From the NCBI RefSeq assembly GCF_009834535.1, contig NC_045698.1:8496001-8560000 (forward strand): 64,000 nucleotides of DNA, in the 5' to 3' direction. The stretch's first letter is position 1; the number at the start of each line of letters is the position of its first letter. This DNA comes from Camelus ferus (taxonomy: Eukaryota). The notes under the pieces are model-generated. The model made no database searches. It was not told where the DNA came from and was given only the letters and a program-made list of their open reading frames with translations. The translations under genes and the position numbers were made by a program. Positions 26,456-40,523 of the stretch are shown piece after piece.

Positions 26456-28013
26456 CATAGAAACTGCAGTGAGGTGGTTTCTGTGGCAACTTTGTAGGGG
26501 AGGCATACTGGGGCCTCCAGAGTACCTCTCTGAAGGCTGATATCACCCCGACCCAATGGTACTAGGAGAAAATTACATGGAAAACGCACATTTATAATGA
26601 ACTACAATAAAAACACATCATTAGGAGACAATCCTTTCACATTCACGACTGTAAAACGAAATCCTTAAAGGAACTTAGTTTCGTCTTGGTTTGAACAATT
26701 CACACAATGTACTTAAAGTGTACATTACACATTAATATTAAAACACTGTAAAGCATAGCATTCTTCTAGAGCTTAAAAGTGGCAATTTATTTTACTAATC
26801 ATTTTGCATAATATCTATTTGCTGTAGTGCTGAAGCCAACACTTAATTCTCTAAAATCCGAATTCTAGTTGAAAAACCAAATGAGATACTACCTAGAGAC
26901 ACCACACAGTATACAGCATATACGTGTAAATTCACACACATGTAAAATGCACGCCCCAGAGTAAGGCATTCGGTTGAAATCACTGCCTTATAAATGACTG
27001 ATAATTATATTTTCAAATTCCAGTAATAAGATGATTTGGCCATTCATAAATATGTATAATTTTCCTGTACCAACACCATCGACACATAATTTGTTTTCCA
27101 ACCCCACTGATTTTCTCCAAGCAGATGTATCATTTTCCAATTATGAAATTAAACATTTGATCTGAAAATATGTTGGCAGTCTAATTCCAGGTTTAATAAC
27201 TTCCTGTGTATTTTTAGGACTACATTCCGCTAGAACTCCAGGGAAAATTATGAAATTCAAAATAGCTAAATTTCAAAGAATGCAATCAGCCTGTGAGAAC
27301 TAGTCAAGTAAATTACCACCATGGGTTAAATCGTTAAGAACAGCCTACTGTTTTGGGGTCGGGAAAGCCTTTGGAGAGAAGCTGTAGTTATGTGTTACAG
27401 AGGAACAGAGACTCCCTGCAGCTTAGGAGACCTCATCAGCATCACAGAACTGGGGAGAGACAGGAGAAGCACTGAAATCTGGTCTCTGTATTTCTCAAAA
27501 CATGGAACTAGTGTTCATGGAAAATGACAGCAATTTATTATTCTAATCTTAACCTGAATGTTCAGTATTTCATCAAGGAAACATAATGAGAATATATCAG
27601 AATCATGAAGGACTAGTGAAGATTCAGACTGAGCTTGTCAGGCATTATGCAAAAGGGAAAAAAAGACTGTTCAGTATGATGGATACATTTTTAATTTGGT
27701 TGAATTTTTCCCGATACTCAAGGGACCACTCATGCATGCACTGCAATCCACAGGGAGCAGGAGGGAGCTGACATGTTCTGAGACCACGCTGCGTCCCACC
27801 CCCTAGAGCCAACTGCCTGCCATGGGCATCAGACTCAGGCTGCCACACACAGAGCCAGACCTGGGATCTCTGGCTTTGGGCCCTGGGGTGGGGGGTGGCA
27901 TAGTTACCCCATTTTTCTCCAATGACCACAGCACTAAGACTGTAAAGTTTCAAAGCGGTGAGTGTTTGCATTTCACACCATGTAGACCAGAAAGGCAAAG
28001 AGAGATGCAGAGG

Positions 28014-28016
<3 letters not shown>

Positions 28017-28070
<54 letters not shown>
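28017..28070. repeat. (AG)27 microsatellite
   Basis: Uninterrupted AG run seen directly. It produces the poly-RE and poly-SL ORFs in the track. Confidence 0.97.
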
Positions 28071-28074
<4 letters not shown>

Positions 28075-28739
28075 TGAGTGCTTGTGTGTGTGAAAGAGAG
28101 GGAAAGAGAAGGAGAAGGCAGTGGAGGCACGGCAAGTGTCCAGGAAGGAGAAGAGAGAGTTGATGAGTTTCATTTGTTTCCTGAAACAGCCACATTCCTC
28201 TTCTTGGGTAACGTGAGACAAAACTGTATGCTTATAAAACAAAACAAAAACCACTTCTTTTCTTAAACATGTGTGACCTGAATTCTGTCAGAATCAAATG
28301 TCCCTACCAATATACTCATAAAATTACTATATATATATATAAACAAATATATGCATGTGAATAGGACTATATATATGAAATCACATATATACGTATATCT
28401 GTGGAATTAAAAGCTTTACAATATAAAAAAGAAAAGAGTCTGAATTTCTTACTGTCTTGGAAATAACTACATTTTTCATAGAGCCACATCTTTCAGCATT
28501 ACTTTTTAGAATTTGATATGAACTTTCTTAAATTTAAAAATTATCCCATTAGTGCAGGATTACAATAGAAAACAGAGAATACAGGTAAGCAACAGAATTT
28601 TAAAAATAGAGTTAAAATACTTAAATACCACCATTTAGAGAAAACAACTATTAATATATACAGACATACATACCTGATATTTTTCATAGATACACACAGA
28701 ATTCTAGTTACTTTGTGATATGCAGTCTTCAATTAATAT

Positions 28740-29460
28740 CTTCTCCTGACCCCCTTCTGTATCAGTAATCACTTTATGCAGGATCATTTTAATGACTCCA
28801 TCATATCTAATTAACTGATGCATTACAATGCATCTACTCCATCTGCTGTTTTGAATATTTAAGTTGTCTCCAGGTTTCCACTAGTAAAAGAGGTTGCAAC
28901 ATAACCCTTTGCTTGCCTGTCCATTTTCTTAAATTCTTTAGGATAGGATTATTGACTCAAGCCTTAGCCCATTTTAGGGCTTTGGAAACAAGGAAAAGTT
29001 TCACTCCAGACAGCTTGTTTGACTTATGGGCTCAGTGGGTACATCAGAATGCTATGCTGGGTGCAGGGATTTTTTTTGTCAAGCTTGCTGATCTAAAGGA
29101 CAATTATCTCATAGTTTTAATTACTAGGGAAAATGACTATTTCCCCCGCTTGACCATTTTTATTCTCATTTTACAATTTGCACATTCATTGTCTTTATCC
29201 ATTTTTCTACCATGGTGACACTGATTTTCTTACAGATTGTTCCTAATATAGGAAAGAGGTGAACCCTCTAACTAGCATATGTATGTACTGATTTTGTTAC
29301 TTAGAAATCTGAAGTTTCAATCTTGATTCAATATTTGACTCTATTATTTCTGCCTTTGATTTTCTGATATTCTATAAACACATCTTCTCGACTATTTCTG
29401 CAAGTTTATTTTTAGACTTCAAATTACATTTCTATTGAATTCATTTTGATAAGTGGTAGG
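28740..29460 (-). mobile_element. Old L1ME-like fragment
   Basis: 'atatttaagttgtctccaggtttcc' and 'tatctcatagttttaattac' resemble the antisense L1ME ORF2 end. Confidence 0.5.
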
Positions 29461-29519
29461 GTCTTTCGTCTCAGGTGTTCCGGTGGTAGCATGAATAATG
29501 ATAATATAAAACTTAGATT

Positions 29520-29692
29520 AGGAGTCCTTAACCTGGGGCCAAGACTCCCAGGGCTTACAGGAGACTTGGAATATTTTAAATTGTCTCTGAAAAGCTGGAT
29601 GCCTGTGCACTTGTGAATTTTACTAAGCAGTCTCTAAGCTTATATAGAATTCTCAAAGACATCTATGAACCCTAAATGGTGAAGAACTTGGC
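29520..29692. mobile_element. MER103C-like hAT MITE
   Basis: Contains 'gagtccttaacctgggg...aattctcaaagacatctatgaaccctaaatggtgaagaacttgg'. Confidence 0.55.
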
Positions 29693-31594
29693 ATTAAAGA
29701 GTACAGTATAGATTAAACACACAGTGGTCTTTTTCTTTAGAAAGGTGGTAAAACTTGCTTAATTTCAGAAGAGCAGACATAGCCATGGTCTGATCTTTTG
29801 GCCACTAAATCCTTTGCTCCAATGAAATGCCACACAGAGCCCAACAGATACAGCAAAGTCCTACTGCTAAAAGCAGGAGTCAGAGAGCCTGGAAATCTGG
29901 AGCAGAATTTGAAAATACTGTATTGGAATATGGTTCAAGGGGCCAAATACGTGTTATATGAATTCATCTTCTACCTCTTCAAGTGGAAGTTCTCTAAATG
30001 ACACACCTTGGCTCAAATTTGTGACAGTTATAACATCTGAAATAAATTATGTAGCGGACTAGTTAAAAGAGACGTACCCCTACCTCAAAGAGCTGCATGC
30101 AAGATGCCCCAAGTCACCATCCTGTATCAGACCATCTGGCATTAATGCAAAACTAGACTGACAGTTACCACAGAGGGAGGTTTTTGTGCTGAGCAGTGAT
30201 TGCCTACCATGAGATCAGCCTCAAACACCAGCAGAGGCTACTGAAAACCCCCAACTTCCTGTCAGTAATCTGCTAGGGTTCACTTACTCCTTTGTGAGAA
30301 AGTAACAGGCAAAAATGTAACCACATGTAAATTTAAATATGTCAGTAAGCCCACGCAAATGTAATCATTTTTTCAAGCAGTAAAATTCAGGTTTTTTAAG
30401 CTTTTCTATTTGGTGCAATATTGATAATATTACTAAAAACAGTTTATTTTTATTTGATGAATAATATTTCCAGTCGATTTGGAAACTATTGTGATACAGG
30501 ATGAGTCATGTCAAACTTAGCCTTCGCCCTAGACGCTGTTTAAGGAGAGAACTCTCATAATTTTGATTTGCTTTACAACCAGATTCCATATATCAGGACC
30601 TAATAAAAAAGCAAATGAAAAACATGCAAATTTATACCCAATCAATTTTCAAAGGAAATCATCATGTAGAAGCCATTAAATTCGTTTTTTAATACTAAGA
30701 GAAGGAACAATAGGGTTGATCCATAGACATTATCTTTTACGTCCTGTACTTTTCTGTTCTGAACAATTTGTTAAAGAAGATAAAATACTGAGCGTGTCAG
30801 GCAAGAAGAGACAGTACGTTAATCTGTAGGATTGAAACTGGTTATCAAATAATACTGAACAGAAGGAAACTCAAGTACAACTTAAAAAAGAACTGAATAA
30901 ATTTTAATGTTACTGTGTCATTAATTTTTCAATAAATATACAGAATAGTTCACTGGAATACATTTCAAGCCTGAAATCAATTTGCTTATTTTTTGATGGA
31001 GAACAAAACAGTGCTAGCTTTTGTCTGAAACTGATTTCTAGGCTAGCTGTGTTGATTATATTATTACAGTCACTTAAATTCTCATTTGCAAAATGGAAAT
31101 AATATATATCTATCTATCTCCATCTTGACCTAAGGAGTGTATTTTTTCAACTGTAAAATACTACTCTTTTTGTGTTACCTTACAGCCTTTTCTGCATACA
31201 GGAGAGACAGTCCTTAACAACTAACTTCAAATGCTGGCAGTTTTCCAACTACAACACTGTTCAACTGGAAATGCGGCCAGCAGCGCCTCACTTCTTACAT
31301 CCAAATCCAGCCTACTTTTCCTTCTGTCCCACAAAATGCCCATCTTGTCTGACTTTAAAGGAGCAGTCAGAAAGGGTTTTTATCAGACAGCAAAACAAAG
31401 AGGATGAAGATGCCACGTGTGGATATTAAATCCCTCCGTTAAAAGGTGGGAAAAGGGCAGTTTTTACCACGTTGTCTTTTCAGGAATTATTCCTACCATT
31501 CTGATTTCACACAAGAAAAGATGACAGGAATTCAATGGGCAGTTAAAAGAGAAAAAGACATAGCCTAAAGTCTTGGACAGCAGGCAAGAACTTG

Positions 31595-31730
31595 GACACT
31601 TGAGTTGGAGGAAATTGGACATAAAATTTCATCTGCCATGTATCTGCTGTAGGACCTTGCAGAAGTCATGTAACTTACAGGTATAAATCATGTAACTTAC
31701 ATATAAGTTTCCTCATTGTAGAATTGAGAA
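31595..31730 (+). mobile_element. MIR SINE with a small internal duplication
   Basis: Contains 'ctgtaggaccttgcagaagtcatgtaacttac...aagtttcctcattgtagaattgag'; tcatgtaacttaca occurs twice. Confidence 0.6.
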
Positions 31731-32100
31731 CAAGAAGTGCTAGCCTGAGACGAGCAGAGCCGAGCACAGGAAGGTTTAGGTCATCCTGCCAGGCAACATC
31801 AGTAACTACAAGTGTTCCTCCACCTCATTTTCCCCCAACTCTCTTGATATTTGACATCACTTTCTCACAGAGAATACCTCCCCATGGGGGACTTATAGCT
31901 TGCGCTATTTTACCTAATGAGCTGACGTGGATCATGTCACAAGGAGAATGTGGCCTCTTTCCTTCCTACAGGATTTCATGGAGGGCTATGGAATGTTCTT
32001 ATGGTTCTGCTGTTTGCAGAGGAGTCCAAGGGGCAAACCACATGAGACACCCTGGTTTCCAGAAAGGACTAGGGACTGGAGCACGTGTCTGATGCCTTGG

Positions 32101-32568
32101 TGAACCAGCTTGAATACTGTCCCCCATAATTTATGTCAACCAGAACCTGTGAATGTGATCTTATTTGCAAACAGGGTCTTTGCAGATGTCCTCAAGCTAA
32201 GATGAGGTCTTACTGGATTGGGTTGGGAGTTAGCCCAATGATTAGAGTCCTCCTAAGAGGAAAATTTGGACACAGACACACAGAGAGGGAAAACAGCCAC
32301 ACGATGATGAAGGTAGAGACTAGGGGATGCTGCCACCAGCCAAGGAACACCAAGGACTGCCAGCAACCAACCGAAGTGAGAAGAGTCAAGGAAGAAACCT
32401 CCCCTAGAGCCTTAAGAGGGGAGCATGGCTGGCCCTTCTGACACACTGATTTAAGACTTCAAGCCTCCAGAATTGTGATAGAATAAATGTTGATTGCTTT
32501 ATGCCACTCAGTTATAAACTGGTATATAATTTGGTAATTTGTTATGGCGGCCTTAGGAAACAAGTCCA
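32101..32568 (+). mobile_element. MaLR solo LTR, MLT1C-like
   Basis: Contains 'gaatgtgatcttatttgcaaacagggtctttgcagatg...gccaaggaacaccaaggactgccagcaacc...gcctccagaattgtgatagaataaatg...ggccttaggaaac'. Confidence 0.88.
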
Positions 32569-34129
32569 CCTGGGGAGGGGAAAGGTGCCCGAATCCTGGT
32601 TTAGCTGTGGTCATGAGAATGCAGGGCAAAACGTCCACCTCATCAGCCAGCGAGCAAGATGAAGGATGCTGAAAACACTGGGACTGGAAATTGTCAGCTC
32701 CCATTCCACCAGCAATGCTTTCTAAAGAATGTATTGATATAATTTAACTCCTAATCATAAGCCTCTGCTGAGCATGCAAACCTGTCTGTATGGACAGGGA
32801 TGGGGAAAAGCAATAGATGCAATGCATGAGACTCTAAAAGAACCACCATTATTTAAATATATACTATATGATAGGATTAATACGTATGTTCTTTTTATCC
32901 ACAGAATCAGAAATGCAATACTGAAAATCTCAAGTATTGCATAAATGGGAAAACTGAGATTTAGAAAGATTAATTAACATATTCCACCTCACCAACAGTG
33001 GATGAGTGACTGATCTGGGATTTCCAAAATATATCTGATTGTAGCTGTTACATGATGCTTTATCCTAGCCTATTCCCAAAGTAATCAGGCAGCAAGTAAA
33101 AATTGCAAGTTCCTTAAAAAAAAAAAAAAGATACATTCTTGAATACTAAAGGATAGAAATATTTTATTTTTAAACATTTTGTGGTTACAGGTCCTTAATA
33201 ATAATGATCAAAATAACTGAATACCTGAGAACTAGGAAGCATCCTATAATTAAAAATTAGGTAAGTTATATACTACTGGCTATTGGTGCTTGCAATAAAA
33301 ACAGTATTTTAAATCCAGATTTTTAAAAAGGACAATCTAGGGGATAATTATTTGTTAAAAAAGCATTCACCTTCATTAAGTGAGTCTCAACAAATATGTA
33401 ACATTCATGACATATATGGGTGGGGTAAAATTTTTGCTATTTCAAAAAAAATTGTATAAACACATTTCAGTTGTATTCATTGTATAAGCTCACTTTCAAT
33501 TACCTTGTTTTAATATATTCAATGAATTGTTTAAATAAGTTATCATAATTGACCTTCACTTGAGCAAAATGTCAAGAAACACCTCTTGGCACATGAGTTT
33601 GCCTCTCAACTACAAATGAATCACCTTTCTCTTCAATAAGCAGGGTCTTTGTACACAACTTGCTTTAACAATAGCCATCCATCATTAGTCGAAAGATGGC
33701 ATTCTGCCCGTAACTAGACAATCAGTTCATTGACTGTTGATTACAAAACACTCCTTGAGTCAGGTTTACCTTGACATTTCATATGTCAACGTTCAATACA
33801 CTGAATGTGTTAGATGCAAAGTTTATATTCGTTTTTTCCCATTCAGTATGCTTAACTCCAGTGAATGAGGTTGCCTTGGTTCTTGTTTCCAGCCCTAGAT
33901 CAAGTTCTGAGCCCAGGAACATGGAGTTGGCTGATTGGCCAGGCACGGGTCAGAGCCTCACTTGTGAATCTCAGACAGAGGCCACCATAAAAACTAGGAA
34001 GAGTGAGCTTCTCCAGTAAGTATTAGGGACAGTGCCCAAAGTAGGGAACTGGATGTTTGATTGGAAAAAAAAAAAAAAAAAAAAAAAAACAGGAATCTTC
34101 CAAAGTTATCCTACAGCCAACATTTTTAT

Positions 34130-34290
34130 TTTTAGTTCTCAGCCATCAGTCATTCACCTGAAAAACTTAGTAAAAAATACAGAAGCCCAGGCCCCAACTC
34201 TTTCAGTAACCCTAGGCCACCGTGGTTCCTTTATTAGCTCTCCAGGTGGGGGTTCTGACACACCTGAGTATTTGAGAAGCACTGAGCTAA
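34130..34290. mobile_element. MER5A-like MITE
   Basis: Contains 'tcacctgaaaaacttagtaaaaaatacagaagcccaggcccc...tttgagaagcactg'. Confidence 0.55.
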
Positions 34291-34499
34291 GGCATAAGCT
34301 TGCAAGTTTCAGCAGCAGGTATTTGGCTCTAAGTCAGTCCCAGAATAAAACAATTTCAGAGCCCAAAGATAATGCAGTTACTGCCTGCCAGTCCTTGCAC
34401 TATTGGTATCAACCACCTGTCACTGATACTTTAAATTTTTGAACCCAAATCTGCAGGCCAAAGGACGTGAACGGTCAGTGAGTCCTCCAGGGGACTCTG

Positions 34500-35032
34500 A
34501 GCCTGGGGATCAAGGTCAGCATCAATGGAGATGTCATGTTGACAGGAGGTAACCTCAACAGGACGTGATGGGAATGAGTACTTTATCCCTGAGGTCTTCC
34601 TTCCAAACCCCATGACCCTGGTCTATCATGAGAAAAACATCAGATAAATCCCAGCGGAGGGATGTTCTAAAAAACACCTGACCAAGACTCCTCAAAACTG
34701 TCCAGATCATCAAAAATAAGGAAAGTCGTAAAAACGGCCCAGCTAAGAGCCTAAGGGGACGTGACTATGAAATGTTAACGTGGAATCCTGGATAGGACCC
34801 TGGAACAGGAAGACATTAGGAAAACTCAGAAGAAATCTGAATAAACTAAGGACTTAAGTCAGTAATAACGTATTAATATTGGCTCACTCATAGTGACAAA
34901 CGTAATATAAGAATGTACAACATTAATAACAGGAAAAATGGGGTGTGAGGCATATAGAAACTCTCTCTATATCTTCACAAGAGTTCTATAAATCTAAAAG
35001 TGTTCTCAAATAAGAACGTTTACTTTAAAAAA
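34500..35032 (+). mobile_element. L1MC/L1MD-like 3' end
   Basis: Contains 'catgagaaaaacatcagataaatccc...ggaatcctggataggaccctggaacagg...aaactctctctatatcttcacaag...taaatctaaaagtgttctcaaataa'. Confidence 0.8.
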
Positions 35033-36825
35033 TGCCCAAAAATCAGTTACTATAAAAAAATACAGAAATAGATGCATCTCTTAATTTTTTTAGCCTAGAA
35101 TGTAATATACACTTTATCTCTCATCTTTGTATGAAGAACAGGCCATTTTGGGGTCTGGGTCTCAGATCCAAAGGCCACGTTATCCTCAGCCATGATACAT
35201 GATGCATGGTGCGTCCTCTACGAGTGTAAATTTCAGTTAATTGCAAATGGGGGGGGGATTAAAAAACAAAACTGTGAAACAGATTGAGTGCAGACCAACT
35301 TTGAATTTTTATGATTTTTTTTAACCATATCTTTTACTGGTTTCTCACATTCCTTAAAACAACAGTCATCCTTTCATTCTCACCTTCCAGCATTCATCTT
35401 GCTTCCATTGAAGCAGCAGCGTTCACTCCACCCTTCCACTCCATTGGTTTACATGCTATTTAGCTAAATTACCAATTTATGGACACAAGGGACACAAACA
35501 AGGCCTGGGGGGAAGGGGGGGAATTGTAGGCTGCCTTGTACAGAAAGGCCCCAAAAAGCTGCTGACACCAGTCTGTATATACCATGGGTTGTAACACAGT
35601 TATGATATGGCTTGTAACATTGGTAATGAGTCGGTGGACCCAGTAAATCACTTAGATGGAGATCAACTGTTATCACAGCTTTTTCTGGACTTAAAACATC
35701 TACCTCAGTTATATGAGAATTTGCCAGTTGTTGACGTATAAACATCAAATGGTTTTATTTGTTCCAGTCATTTCTACCTGCTGTGATTTGTCAATCTGCC
35801 CTTTCCTGTGGGGTGGCTGCTTTCCTTCAAGATAGCTCAGTCCAATTTATCAGATTTTCATTGACTTGGTTATTAAAACAGTCTTGTTTCGGTTCATAGG
35901 ACTTAATGCTTGTCGATTCTAAGACTCTAACATCATTCTCAAGTCAATCATCTGTTTTCTAGTGGACAGAGGGGAGAGGCGACCCCTGGCAATCTATCTC
36001 TTCTCTCTTCCTTGTCTATGATTTGGGAAAGGACAAGAGGAGGATTAAAAAAGGGGACCTTCCTGTGACTGTCCCTGTTGAGTGTGACATCTTTCTGGAA
36101 GGGGACCCACTCGTCTAGCTCCTGGAAACACGAAGCTCTCCTATCAAGTCACATGCCTGGGAGCACCACACCACTGTGTCCCCTGGGAAGCCGAGAGCTC
36201 CCGTCTCATCTGCCTTCTGCAGCCCAATTCCGAGCCCCCAGGCACGGGCTGGGCTCACCCTTCACACCTCTCAGAAATCAAAATTCAATGCAATGCCAGT
36301 CACCCACCACAACACTTCTCCACCGTCAACTTCAGCAAGCCCGGGGAAGGAGCTGCCATGGCGATGTCATTCTCCACTCGTGTTGGCATCCCCCTGCTCT
36401 GCCGGTGGCTGTCATTACCCCAGGAAGGGACCACCCTCCAGTCTCCCCTCTGCCTCCTCTCCACCTGGAGAAGACAGGGTGGGAATCTCTCTGCTCACCC
36501 TGCATGGCCCCCCAAGGCCACCACGAGCCCTCTCTCTGTCCTCCCAACGGGGGAGAGCCGAGGCTTTGGGGAATACCCTGTGACATGGCACCTCTCGTCA
36601 CCCCTGCATGAGAGCCCATGGCTGGCAAATCTCTGAAGGCAAAAAGTGCCCAAATCCCTGGACTCCCATCCCAAGTTCAGAGAAGATCCCACCTAGCATG
36701 TCCACCCCAGTTACACAGATAGATGATCCCTCACTGCATCCTACAGGGAGAGGGACCAGGAGGTGGCCAGGGGCTGGCAGGGGCTTTTCAATGGTGCAAT
36801 GAAGCGGTCACGGAAAGCTGAAGCT

Positions 36826-36912
36826 GGGAGTGAGGCATATCTTGGCGGTAGAGTGTGTGCGTAGCATTCACAGGGTCCTGGGTTCAACCCCCAGTATCTC
36901 TATTTAAACAAA
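36826..36912 (+). mobile_element. tRNA-derived SINE, Vic-1-like (camelid)
   Basis: 'gaggcatatcttggcggtagagtgtgtgcgtagcattcacagggtcctgggttcaacccccagtatctctatttaaacaaa' has an A-box-like GGTAGAG, a B-box GGTTCAACCCC and an A-rich tail. Confidence 0.75.
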
Positions 36913-38069
36913 GGGAAGAAAATAGAACGGAAAGCTGGAGATGCTTGAAACAAGCAGTACTTTTCTTCCCTACCACTTCCCCAAGGCCAGCCCTGCGAGA
37001 AGACAGGGCAGTGACATCACTGGGGATCCAAGGAGCCCACCCCCTGTTGGCCAGTCATTTCCACACTGAGTGGAGGACAAGGAATGGAAAATCCCTGAGG
37101 CCATGGATTTCTACAAGCATTTCTTTAAACAATTAAGGGCTCTCTATTTCTCTCAGATTTAAAAGTGATAACCTCCTTAACCTTTGTTCCAAGCAGATGA
37201 CTTTATTCCCTTTTTATAGGCACTGCTTTATCTAAATACACTGATAATAAACTGTTTTCAAGATAGTTATGGAAAGGAACTATGTTAACATACAATTACC
37301 ATGGCAGTCCCTGAGTGTTCTACAAATACTGTCTCTCTGCACCTTCCTGGCAAGCTGATAAGGTACAGAACACAAATTCCATTTCCAGAGGAGGGAATTA
37401 AGTACAACCTAGCTTGAGGTCCACCCAGCTGAGTAAAAAAAAGCCCTTGCCTTTCCAACTCCAAGCTGCCTGTTCCCACTGCGTCATTCTAATTCATAAG
37501 TTCCCTACTGTGATCACCTGCCAAGGACTGAGTGTTTAACGGAGCCACAACCAAGCGTTAAGGATTCTGAGGAAAGCAGAGAAATAAACGCTACCTGGCC
37601 CTGCCCTCTGGGAGCAGATTCTAATCAAAGGTTGAGGGTCTCTTTCCTTAAAGGTCTTGCTTTTTTTTTTTTTCTTTTTTTGCTTTTGATTGCACCTCAA
37701 CAGTCTTTTTGCAGTAAGTTTTATAATGCAGAGAATATTCGATAAAGCTGCAGGGTGCTTTCTGAACATAACCTACGTTAAGACAGGTTTTGAAATGACA
37801 GGTAATGGACAATAGCAAGCATCTGCTTTTCTCTGAAACATACTTAACACTTTCCACAATAGATCATTTACATGGGCTGATTTATCATCTGTGCCAAAAA
37901 AAAAAAATTTATTCACAGTCTCTTTTCCTCTGAGTTTCTCCATGGGGAGTGACACTCACAGTGCACCCCAAAGATCACATCTGATCACATGGCCGTGTAT
38001 TTGATAGCCACTGTCTCTCTGATTTCTAAACACCGATTGTTCAGATGTACCACTTTTAAATCACTGCTA

Positions 38070-38240
38070 CAATGGTTCTTAGACTTGTCTGTACTTTGGG
38101 ATCATCTGGATTTAAATATATATATATATATACTGATACCTGGGTCCCTGTGTCCAAGAGATTCTGATGGGATTGGGCTGGGATGTGGACTGGATTTGAG
38201 GAGGACACTTTAATGTGTAGCAGTGTTTGAAAACTACTGT
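38070..38240. mobile_element. MER5-like hAT MITE
   Basis: Ends caatggttcttaga / tttgaaaactactg, with internal 'gagattctgatgggattgggctggga'. Confidence 0.65.
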
Positions 38241-39937
38241 GCTACTAATTGTTAAATGTGAAAAAAAATGTCTTTTGTGAACTTACCATATTTAAAATTT
38301 CCTTTTTAAGGAATCAGATTGAAGACTAACCCCAAGTCATCCACTGACAAGGCAACAGGATGACTAAAGTAGACCCATCATCTAGACTCTTTACTCAATC
38401 ATATCCGGGGGCCACATGGAGGCATAAAAACAAGCCTATGTAGATGTAAGTTTTCCATATATTTCAGCCTTTGTTATCTACTGCTGGAATAGTTTAATCA
38501 TGGTTGCATAACATTACCAAAAATATATTTCAAGAAGCATGCCAAAAAGAATCATTTGCTTGCGCCTAACTTAACCTTTTTCCTTCTTTTTTTTTAACCT
38601 TTTCATTTTTGAACCGTGTAGGTTCACCATGAAATGCACAATATTTTTCACATATTTAGTATTTCTTTATGATATTGGGATTTTATTTCTCTTCTCCATG
38701 TTGATCATTCATGTGATTATAAACCAGTTTCCCAACACCTATGATGTTACCATTTTAGGCAGCTGAGTAAATTGCACTCATGTTTAGTCCTCAGGTTTAG
38801 AACCAAGGAAGAGACTACTGCAAGATTCAGGCAAATGGACAGAGAAAATTCACCTGCAGTGCCGGTGGACTTTGGTGACTGTGGCCTATAGCTGCGGGTC
38901 ATTGGGAATCCTAACACTAAAGCATCTGCAGAGTCAGACCGACAAGGCTGCCTATGGCCAACCTGCTCACTTATGAAGCAGAGCAATGGAGGGGCAGATC
39001 CCCAAGAGAAGAGAGAGGGCAGGGTGGGGTCACACATGCCTGGCTCCCAGGCTCCCCGGTCACCCACGGGGATTGCTGAGAGAAGGCAGGATGATTTCTC
39101 TAGTTGCTGTGCCTCCAAGAGAAATCTAGGCAACAGAAGTTTCTCCCCTCTTGCATTATATGGAATTACTAGTGGACACTTAGACCCAGTCATGACGTCT
39201 ACAACTGTCAAATAGGCGTACCCTTTCATCTTGGCAGGACTTCCCATTTGCCACCTACAATTACATCACCTGCTCTAGTTCTAGAAAACACACTACGCTG
39301 CCCTACTGCTCAGGGGAGTCCTAGCTTCCTTCCCAGGGCCACAAGGGGGAACGAAGGCTATGGCCACCTGCTCCATAGTCCCACTCCCCAGAATTTCCTG
39401 GGTGACAGCTCTCCGTGTTGCCCCGGGGTAAGAACCCTCAGCAGAGAAGCTAGGAGAGTCAGGGAGGAGACCGTGAACCCACCTACACAGCAGGGCGTCA
39501 CAGCCGCGTTCAGCAGACGGACTACACACTACACCCACAAAGTTGAGGCTGCAAAACAGAGCGGAACGAAAACAACAACAGTTTTCAAAAATCACTAAAG
39601 AGTAAGCAGACTTTCTGCTGGGATCAGGGGACGAACACGGAGCTGATACAGTAAAATTCATCAGTGCCTTGTTGAAAATGACACAACCTATGGCAAAGTG
39701 ACAACAATAGCTGACACACTGGAAAATGTACAGGGCATGAAACAAATGTTCCTGGAAGTCTAATGGACAGTGGGAAATAAAGGAGAAGTTTTAAATGTGT
39801 CACATTAGAAATTCTTGTGAAACCAACTTGATTTTAAATGCTTAATAAATGATAATAATACAGATTCTGCCATTAACCAGTAACTCCCAGAATGTCACTG
39901 GTAACTGAATTGGGGAGGTTTTTCTTGGGAAGGGGGA

Positions 39938-40523
39938 TGTGGTAGGCAGAACTCTAAAACGACCCCTAATACCCCTGACCTTGTGTTACGCCCTCCTTTT
40001 CAATGTGGGCAAGACTTGTAAATATGGTATGAATGTCACTCCAGTGGTTAGGCTACATTACATGACAAAAACCAAGGGATCTTTTTTTTTTTCATGTAGA
40101 ATTAAGGTTGCTAATCAACTGACCTCCTGACAATCAAAAGAGAAAGTATCCTGGTGGGCCTGACCTCATCAGGCGAGCTCTTTAAAAGCAGGCCTAGAGA
40201 TGAGAAACTTGAGGCAATAGACCACCTTTCTCTGTTCCTGGCTATGGAGAAGCAAGCCTCGTGAACTCTACAACCAAAAAGAAATGACTTCTGCCAGCAA
40301 TACGAAAGACTTGGAAATGGCTCATTCCCTAGTCGAGCCTGCAGATGAGATGGCAGCCCAGCTAGAGCCTTGATTTCAGCCTGGTGACATCATGCTGAGC
40401 TGAGCACCAGCTAAGCCACACCTGGACCTCTGACCTACAGATGTTAACGTGAGACAAGGGATGGTGCTGTTCTAAGCCACTAACTTTGTGGTAATTTGCT
40501 ATGCAGTAATAGATAACTAATCA
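39938..40523 (+). mobile_element. MaLR solo LTR, MLT1E/F-like
   Basis: Starts 'tgtggtaggcagaactctaaaacgacccc' and ends 'taagccactaactttgtggtaatttgctatgcagtaatagataactaatca'. Confidence 0.85.

Noticed and set aside
27645..28266. ORFs with poly-SL or poly-RE
   Set aside because: Translations of the (AG)27 microsatellite.
36078..36802. Stack of overlapping ORFs in a GC-rich patch
   Set aside because: Stop codons are depleted by high GC. No recognisable protein, and the patch is too CpG-poor to be a CpG island.
36826..36912. Possible tRNA gene
   Set aside because: Degenerate D arm and acceptor stem plus an A-rich tail; better explained as a SINE.
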